Origin: a virus
Strand: one strand, 5' to 3'
DNA: 64,000 nucleotides
IMG/VR virus record: IMGVR_UViG_3300044801_000206
Coordinates: 2,606-66,605 of that record
The translations under genes were made by a program, and so were the position numbers. Numbering within the stretch: position 1 is the first letter of the stretch; each line of letters opens with the position of its first letter. Below the pieces are notes generated by a model. The model was not told the DNA's origin. It was given only the letters and a program-made list of their open reading frames with translations, and did no database searches. Of the stretch, positions 58,077 through 64,000 are shown piece by piece.

Positions 58077-61000
58077 AGAATCCTTTCAAATCTCCAGTTC
58101 CAAAGGAGAATTCGTCGCTTGCCCCGTAGCGATCGCGCGCTGCTCCTGGAGGCGACATCATGTCGTCCCACTTGAACCCCAAGATCGCGTTCGGACCAAC
58201 TCCTGGTTTGCCTTCCATTTTAGGCATCCGCCACTTCAACCATATACTACCGCAATAAGGGCAGCGATCGCGTTCGCAAGGGGCCTGCGCATCGAAGTCT
58301 TTGCCGCACTTTGAACAGGTGCCCTTCCACTCGCCAGGGCCGCGTAACCCATCCGATTGGGGAACGCCAAAATCAGCCGACCGGTGTGGGTCCTGTTGGT
58401 GGCAGGCAATGACGAGTTGTATTGCGGCCATCACGCAATCATCATGCACCTTCTCGAAATCGTCTCCGAGCCCGTCATCATCTTTGCTGTCCGGAGCGCC
58501 CAAACTACCGTCAGGCATCCGCTGGAAGTGTCGCAGTTCCTTGGCGAGTACCGGGTCCTTGACAATGAACGAATGATCTCTCAACCAGCCATCGAGAACA
58601 GCCCAGCCAGCCTCTTTGTTCTTATTGTTCCAGACCCAGTGCCAGCGGTTACTGTTTTGCTTGACGGCATCAGGATTGACCCATTGATAAATGTTCGGAT
58701 AGCGGAAATAGTTCAACAGGCGATCGCCAGTGGTCTGCTGGTTTGTATAATCAACCACCGCCAAAGCGTTGTTGTACCAGCGACCAAGCGCGTTCACAAG
58801 GTCCGCCAAGTGCCATGGGCTAATCGTGTTGCAGCGATATTGTGCCACTTGAATATCCAGTTGAGGGAGTCGGCCTAATTTGAAAATCAAAATCACCGCG
58901 TAGTCCCGGCCGCCACCTAAGCCACCAGATGGGTCCACGGACATGCCGTACTTACAGCCACTCATTGGCGGCTGCCAAATTTTCAAGTAGCGATCGCCCT
59001 CCCCGGTATGGTTCTGCTTACAGCCATGGGCCCAACAGATCGCGCTCTCTTCACCGTACTGGCGCCGCGGAGCGTGGAACGTACCATCGCTCGCCATATA
59101 GCCGCGCGCCAAACATTCCCCGCGCGTGGTCTGCGCCACCCAATCACGAGCCTGCTTGGAAAATACGGTCTCTGTAACGCTGGCAAAGGCCTCCTGCGGG
59201 TTTGTCGCGAGAGACTGCTGCATCTCCATGACGGCATTTTCACCCATCTTCTCCGCGTTTTTCCTGGTGAGTTGTAGCCAGCGCATCTGACCATCTTGTA
59301 GGACATACGGGGCGTACGTGCCTTCCTTACACTCCCGGCAAGGAATGCCCGCCATTGACTCACCTCCGAAATTCACTGGCCGGATTTGCCCGCACTGGTC
59401 ACAGGCGCACCATTCTTCGGCAGCTCGCTCTTTTACGGCCAACTCCGGAGCCTCTGGTTGCCAGCCATTTTGCGGCGCGATGAAGTGGGACTTGTCAAAA
59501 TAGATCGGGATAAACAGCGGATACCAGTCGGCATCGTCGCCTAGTTCAACCATCGCTTCCCATAGCCGTTCCGCAAATTTACTAGCCTTCTGCACGCGGG
59601 TTTCCAGAATGGCCGTCGTGCCAGGAGCGTCAGGTAGCGCCCAGCGAAAATCACCCATGATGATCTTGCGAGCTTTGTTTGGATCATACGAGCCAAACTC
59701 TGAATTCTTCACGCAACATTGGACGGTGCAAAAATCATGTTCAGGGGCGTCTACTTCCAGGTCATAGAATGACTCCGAGAAGCCGACCTGATTAGACTCT
59801 ACTTGGGCATAAACAAATTTGCGATCTTCGCTATACGCCCAATGGGTTGGCTCCATCGGCGGGTTCTCCGCCGTGTCCGCCCATCCAAGGTCTTCCTTGC
59901 ATCGTTTGGCTGTTTCAGAAATTAAGTGCCAACTCCATTGAGCCCGGCAATTACGATTATAGAACACGCCCGCTTGGCGGAAATGTATGCTCGACCACCC
60001 ATATCCTAAAGAGGCGGCCAGATCTCTCATCTGTATGGTTATAGCCGGTCTTACGGAAGAGGCGGTGATGACATTAAGCCCTGGGGCTATATGCCCATCG
60101 CCTTGAAGATAGCCTGCTACGATCCCTCGGCAGAAATCTCTGCCTGCATCCCACGCCCAATCTGGGACATGCTTAGTGTCTGTGTGCCCAAACCCTTGTT
60201 CAATGAATCTCGCAAAACCTGCCCATGAGACCCGCAAAACGCTTGTCCGGCTATTTTTGCTCCGATAGTTCCCGATGTGCCGATCAGAGCCGATAACTTT
60301 AACCAGCCCTGCGCGAACGACATCTTCTTCGTCTCGGTCTATCCCAAACGTAACCTCCGTATACCCAGTAGCGGCAGGACCTCTCTTGACTGAGCCTTCA
60401 GCCAAATACATCCCACAGACCCATCCCCAATCAAAATCCATCTCGATTCCCCTGGCCGTCTGGCGCCGCTTAGCCGGGACTCTCCCTACTGCATATTCAA
60501 TAAACTCCCTAGTCTTTTGGGTCTCTGTGATCGGACGGACCGGCCGACATACATAGTCTCCAGCTTCAATATCTTTCGCTTCTCTAAGCCCTTCGGGACA
60601 TAGTATCTTGTGGTCCCTCGTCACGGAAAGTGGGGCAAATTCTCCCCACACCCAAAGCTCAGTACTGAGTTCATTTGTGCGCGGGCTTTTCCAAACTTTT
60701 TTTACCCTCTCTATGGTGCCGCGAGAGGTGATCACCGTATCCCCTTCTCGCACGTCCACGATAGGCTTCGGGACCCCATTGGCCGTCTGTATCAAAGTGT
60801 GCGGGGCTAGACAAATATGCGCTGTATTTACAGTTTCACCTTCGGCAACGCCTACGCTTTGATTAGCACCTTGAACTGTAATCCTGCTATTCAGCCCCGG
60901 TTCCAGTCGCCGCAATTCCGAGTCCGGGTTGATCAGGTGGATGCCTTCCTCGTATTTGCGAGATCCGATCATCGGCCGAAGCCACCATGGCAATTGATCA

Positions 61001-61467
61001 TAAATGTGGAGGATTACGCCAAACAGTTTGCCAGCATGCGCTTCGCTGTAAGAAACGAGAAGCCCTCGGTTGTTAGGGTTGAATTGGGTTTCGTAGGCCA
61101 TCAGGCCTTCGCAGAAGTAGGATACGTAGAGTTGGCGGCCTTTAATGATGAGCACTTTCACGCCGCGACTGGCTGTCCTATTACGAATTCTTAGCCAGCG
61201 GATGGTCTCCCAGACCATCTCCTGCGTCTCTTTGAATCGCAATAGGGTGTCACCGCCTCCGGCAATGTCTTTCGAGGTAATCCAGTAGTAGTTCCGCGCT
61301 ATATAGGGATACCCAGAATCAGGGTCAGCGCAGCGCCCGATTTCATCATGGAGTATTTTGGATTCTTTGTCGCTCAGTAAGTGCCACGCACAGCGCTCTG
61401 GTTGGTCAAAATACCTTATCAAATCAGCGATGCCGGGGTCGCGAGCGTATCGATCAGTGGCCATCAA
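58063..61467 (-). CDS. terL: Terminase large subunit containing an intein
   Basis: LIIKGRQ (Walker A region), AHI|SE (Walker B), nuclease motifs SVDPSGG..DYAV and HDDCVMA. Confidence 0.92.
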   Translation of the reverse strand: MMATDRYARDPGIADLIRYFDQPERCAWHLLSDKESKILHDEIGRCADPDSGYPYIARNYYWITSKDIAGGGDTLLRFKETQEMVWETIRWLRIRNRTASRGVKVLIIKGRQLYVSYFCEGLMAYETQFNPNNRGLLVSYSEAHAGKLFGVILHIYDQLPWWLRPMIGSRKYEEGIHLINPDSELRRLEPGLNSRITVQGANQSVGVAEGETVNTAHICLAPHTLIQTANGVPKPIVDVREGDTVITSRGTIERVKKVWKSPRTNELSTELWVWGEFAPLSVTRDHKILCPEGLREAKDIEAGDYVCRPVRPITETQKTREFIEYAVGRVPAKRRQTARGIEMDFDWGWVCGMYLAEGSVKRGPAATGYTEVTFGIDRDEEDVVRAGLVKVIGSDRHIGNYRSKNSRTSVLRVSWAGFARFIEQGFGHTDTKHVPDWAWDAGRDFCRGIVAGYLQGDGHIAPGLNVITASSVRPAITIQMRDLAASLGYGWSSIHFRQAGVFYNRNCRAQWSWHLISETAKRCKEDLGWADTAENPPMEPTHWAYSEDRKFVYAQVESNQVGFSESFYDLEVDAPEHDFCTVQCCVKNSEFGSYDPNKARKIIMGDFRWALPDAPGTTAILETRVQKASKFAERLWEAMVELGDDADWYPLFIPIYFDKSHFIAPQNGWQPEAPELAVKERAAEEWCACDQCGQIRPVNFGGESMAGIPCRECKEGTYAPYVLQDGQMRWLQLTRKNAEKMGENAVMEMQQSLATNPQEAFASVTETVFSKQARDWVAQTTRGECLARGYMASDGTFHAPRRQYGEESAICWAHGCKQNHTGEGDRYLKIWQPPMSGCKYGMSVDPSGGLGGGRDYAVILIFKLGRLPQLDIQVAQYRCNTISPWHLADLVNALGRWYNNALAVVDYTNQQTTGDRLLNYFRYPNIYQWVNPDAVKQNSNRWHWVWNNKNKEAGWAVLDGWLRDHSFIVKDPVLAKELRHFQRMPDGSLGAPDSKDDDGLGDDFEKVHDDCVMAAIQLVIACHQQDPHRSADFGVPQSDGLRGPGEWKGTCSKCGKDFDAQAPCERDRCPYCGSIWLKWRMPKMEGKPGVGPNAILGFKWDDMMSPPGAARDRYGASDEFSFGTGDLKGFYGQE
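59704..60813 (-). other. Intein (370 aa) with LAGLIDADG homing endonuclease in terL
   Basis: CLAPHTLI start, TRDHKI block B, GMYLAEGS and AGYLQGDG, ends VKN followed by Ser. Confidence 0.92.
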
Positions 61468-61916
61468 GCCTCCGGCGCACTATCCGCTGGGCGGACAGGC
61501 ACGGAGTCGATGACTTCCGGTGACGGAAGCGCGTGGCCGGCGCGCTGTTCCGCCAACCGGCGGGCAAACGCATCGAAGCCGATGACAGGGCTTTCCACTC
61601 CGGCCACCGTATTTTGCTGAAGCATCTGCTGGGTCACGCTGATATTGAACCCTTTATCTTGCACGTAGTTCAAGATCCTGCCAGCATGGTCTAAAGCAGT
61701 CTTTTCCCTGACGGCCAGCCCTCCGAGAACAGCTTTGAGATACGCTCTGGCCATTTCTGGAATGTGCAGCAGTAGCATCGCTTCTTCGAAGCTCGGGAGT
61801 TTGCGCTTTGTTACCTTATTCAGCTGATATAGGCCGGACTTCTGTATGTACTCGGGTACTGGCGAATCCGGAACAGCGCTAGGTTTGACTTTGGGCTTTT
61901 GGCGACGTGTTGACAT
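61464..61916 (-). CDS. Putative terminase small subunit
   Basis: Position only: stop overlaps the terL start. Confidence 0.45.
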   Translation of the reverse strand: MSTRRQKPKVKPSAVPDSPVPEYIQKSGLYQLNKVTKRKLPSFEEAMLLLHIPEMARAYLKAVLGGLAVREKTALDHAGRILNYVQDKGFNISVTQQMLQQNTVAGVESPVIGFDAFARRLAEQRAGHALPSPEVIDSVPVRPADSAPEA

Positions 61917-61921
61917 AACGA

Positions 61922-62410
61922 TTATGGGCTTAGATGGAGCAGTACCGTGGCAGCGTGGCTGGCAAGCGCCCCAAGGAATGGCCCGAGGACCAAGGCTGCC
62001 ACAACCCACATGAAGTGCAAGTCAGTGCTGCGGGTTTTGCGCGCCACAGTAATGGAACTGAGGTCGCCTTCGACTTTGGCCATTCTGTCATGGAGCGGGC
62101 AATCCCGGATGTGGTCAGTAATCTGGCTCTGTAGCCCATCCTCCTCTTGCCGGGAAGCGGCGCTGGCATCCTCAAGGTCTCTGTGGGCTTGTGTAATGGT
62201 GCCGTTCAACCTCTCAAAGTGCGCATCCACTTTATCGAGGCGGTGAAGCACCTGTTGCTGGTTTGCTTCGATGCGGGCAGAGGCTTCGATCAGGCCTATG
62301 ACCTGCTTGCAGTTTTCGTTGTTCCTCATCTCTACGGAATCGATCCGCTTATAAATCGCGCTAAACCCAGATTCTATTTGAGATTGTAGAGCTTGGTCGG
62401 CTGGGCTCAC
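61922..62410 (-). CDS. Coiled-coil protein with C-terminal TM helix
   Basis: Heptad-like region followed by FMWVVAALVLGPFLGALA. Confidence 0.6.
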   Translation of the reverse strand: MSPADQALQSQIESGFSAIYKRIDSVEMRNNENCKQVIGLIEASARIEANQQQVLHRLDKVDAHFERLNGTITQAHRDLEDASAASRQEEDGLQSQITDHIRDCPLHDRMAKVEGDLSSITVARKTRSTDLHFMWVVAALVLGPFLGALASHAATVLLHLSP

Positions 62411-62482
62411 TTTTTAATGTCCCTCGGACACAAGTTTAGCCCGAATAGGCCGTACAGTACAAAGAATTTAGGGTGTAAACCT

Positions 62483-63271
62483 TTATCCTTGCGAGTTGAA
62501 GGCCGCCTGCACATCGCTGTATTTGTTGACGTCGCTAGAGGGAACGACTGGCCCGCTAGGGCGCTGTGGCGGCACCGGGATGATCTGTGCCCTCGGCCGA
62601 AGCCGGTCAACTGCCATAGCCGTAAGCCGCTTGAGGATAGCCGGCAGATCGAATGGCACATCGTCTACATGAAGGGCAATCTGTACTTCCGAGGCTTCGC
62701 GCGCGCTTGGGGCCGTATTTGGCGGAGAATAAACGAGTTGTACGGAATCTAAAGCGTGCATGGAGATCACATTCCGCTGGTAGGTAACCCGCCTGGAAGT
62801 ACCATCTTCCATGGGCACATCAAAACTCAGCGTGCTGGGAGTACGCTCTTGAAGCAATGCCGACAGGTCTTCGACCTTCATCCGTGCCGGCGGCCGGAGC
62901 GAAGGCAACGACTGAACAGGTGTCGGCGGCCGGAGCGAACGCAACGACTGAGCAGGTGCCGGCGAAACGCGCTCGATAGTCTTTGGGTCAGGGATGCTGG
63001 TGGCTGGCTGAATCAGGGCGGGTCCGCCTGGGTCCGGCTCCGCCAAATGAAACTCCGGGGCCACTGGCGTGATTGCCTCCGGGTTGATATTGGGGAAAGC
63101 AGCACGCGCGATCGGCGGCGGCAGTACTTGGGATAGCGGAGGGGTGTCGCCCAAGGCCTCGGCCACAATATCCATGCGATACGCAATAGCTTCCGCCTGC
63201 TCCTCCGGTGTCCGCCCAACGGACAGGCGGAGTGCTGCGGTTGCTACTTTCAAAAACATCTCGCGCGTCAT
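62483..63271 (-). CDS. Pro-rich hypothetical protein
   Basis: GGAGG RBS. Short duplication QSL.SLRPP. Confidence 0.65.
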   Translation of the reverse strand: MTREMFLKVATAALRLSVGRTPEEQAEAIAYRMDIVAEALGDTPPLSQVLPPPIARAAFPNINPEAITPVAPEFHLAEPDPGGPALIQPATSIPDPKTIERVSPAPAQSLRSLRPPTPVQSLPSLRPPARMKVEDLSALLQERTPSTLSFDVPMEDGTSRRVTYQRNVISMHALDSVQLVYSPPNTAPSAREASEVQIALHVDDVPFDLPAILKRLTAMAVDRLRPRAQIIPVPPQRPSGPVVPSSDVNKYSDVQAAFNSQG

Positions 63272-63272
63272 C

Positions 63273-63797
63273 TTACCTCCAGCCCTCGAAGACCGAGTTT
63301 CCTGACCATACCGAGGCGTCGTTCGCCCCGTTCATCCTCAGCAACGCTTCCTCCCGGCTAATGCCTTCTGCCCGCATCATGGTGGTTACCTCGTATTCCA
63401 TGTTGGCTCCTGTCACATCCTTGGGAGGAGCAGGAGCATTAGGTTTTCCAAAGGGGTTTTTCTTTTTCTCCTCATGCTCCGCACGCTGCGCTTGCAGAAT
63501 TTCAAGTTGAGCTGTGGCGATCCTGCCGATACCTTCCATGAGTTTAGGGATGGCCTGCATGTTTGATCGCAGTTCACCCGCAGCCGGCGCCAGCGCTTCG
63601 CGCAGTTGATCCGTAGCGGCAGTACACGCCTTCAGAGCGGCTTCGGCTCCAACGAAGGCCGCGGCCAAGGTGTCGGCAGTCTCCTTTGTCCGCTCAGCGG
63701 ACTGCTCAAGCGCTCGTACAAAACGGTAGAGGAACCAGAGAACGGCGGCAGAAGCCAGCACAATCAACAGGATAGGGAGGGGGACAGAGGTGTTCAT
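63273..63797 (-). CDS. N-terminally anchored membrane coiled-coil protein
   Basis: TM segment PILLIVLASAAVLWFLY. AGGAG RBS. Confidence 0.65.
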   Translation of the reverse strand: MNTSVPLPILLIVLASAAVLWFLYRFVRALEQSAERTKETADTLAAAFVGAEAALKACTAATDQLREALAPAAGELRSNMQAIPKLMEGIGRIATAQLEILQAQRAEHEEKKKNPFGKPNAPAPPKDVTGANMEYEVTTMMRAEGISREEALLRMNGANDASVWSGNSVFEGWR

Positions 63798-64000
63798 ATA
63801 GTCTCCTTTCCTGCCATCTTTTTGCCATCATCTTTTTCCCCCATCTTGTCGAAGCAGTCGGAGCAGTCGAAGCAGCGGTAGCAGTCGGAGCAGCCATAGC
63901 AGTCGGAGCAGCCGGAGCAGCCGTAGCAGCCGTAGCAGCCAGAGCAGCCAGAGCATCCGGAGCAGTGGGAGCAGCGCAAGCAGCCGGAGCAGAGGGAGCA
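63794..64000 (-). CDS. Cys-x-x repeat protein, 5' truncated
   Basis: 9-bp repeats encoding CSG/CSD/CYG. Frame runs off the window. Confidence 0.55.
   Translation of the reverse strand, partial: CSLCSGCLRCSHCSGCSGCSGCYGCYGCSGCSDCYGCSDCYRCFDCSDCFDKMGEKDDGKKMAGKETI

Noticed and set aside
63299-63309. 10-nt match (TTCCTGACCA) to the orphan C guide
   Set aside because: Too short and lacks a plausible adjacent target motif, so probably chance.
63845-64000. Short tandem repeats suggestive of a CRISPR or VNTR locus
   Set aside because: These are 9-bp degenerate units without spacers that encode a Cys-x-x repeat protein.

Overview
This window is part of a tailed dsDNA phage or prophage with podovirus-like architecture. 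No integrase or host junction is visible. The signal-peptide style weakly suggests an Acidobacteria-like host. Bases 1-2.5 kb are + strand genes: RusA, an HTH/alpha-CTD-like protein and DUF5131. The rest is a long - strand late operon: intein-split terminase, portal, scaffold, capsid, adaptors, lysozyme, a repeat-expanded nozzle-like protein, fibres, ejection proteins and an intein-split deoxyhypusine-synthase-like gene. A small + strand island carries tRNA-Pro(TGG). Four tnpB elements sit at gene borders: two complete IS605-type tnpA+tnpB elements, one internally deleted tnpB, and one tnpB flanked by terminal inverted repeats and a target duplication. The best candidate for a new system is that each of the three intact TnpBs has a second, 100% identical, stand-alone copy of only its 3' omegaRNA scaffold (118, 118 and 79 bp) elsewhere, fused to a new guide. 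Two of these copies lie in tandem in the scaffold-gene leader. A second unexplained signal is the 17-bp palindrome TGTCCGCC(C/G)GGCGGACA, found 7 times perfectly and 3 times imperfectly, inside and between genes. All calls come from reading the sequence by eye; no database searches were run.
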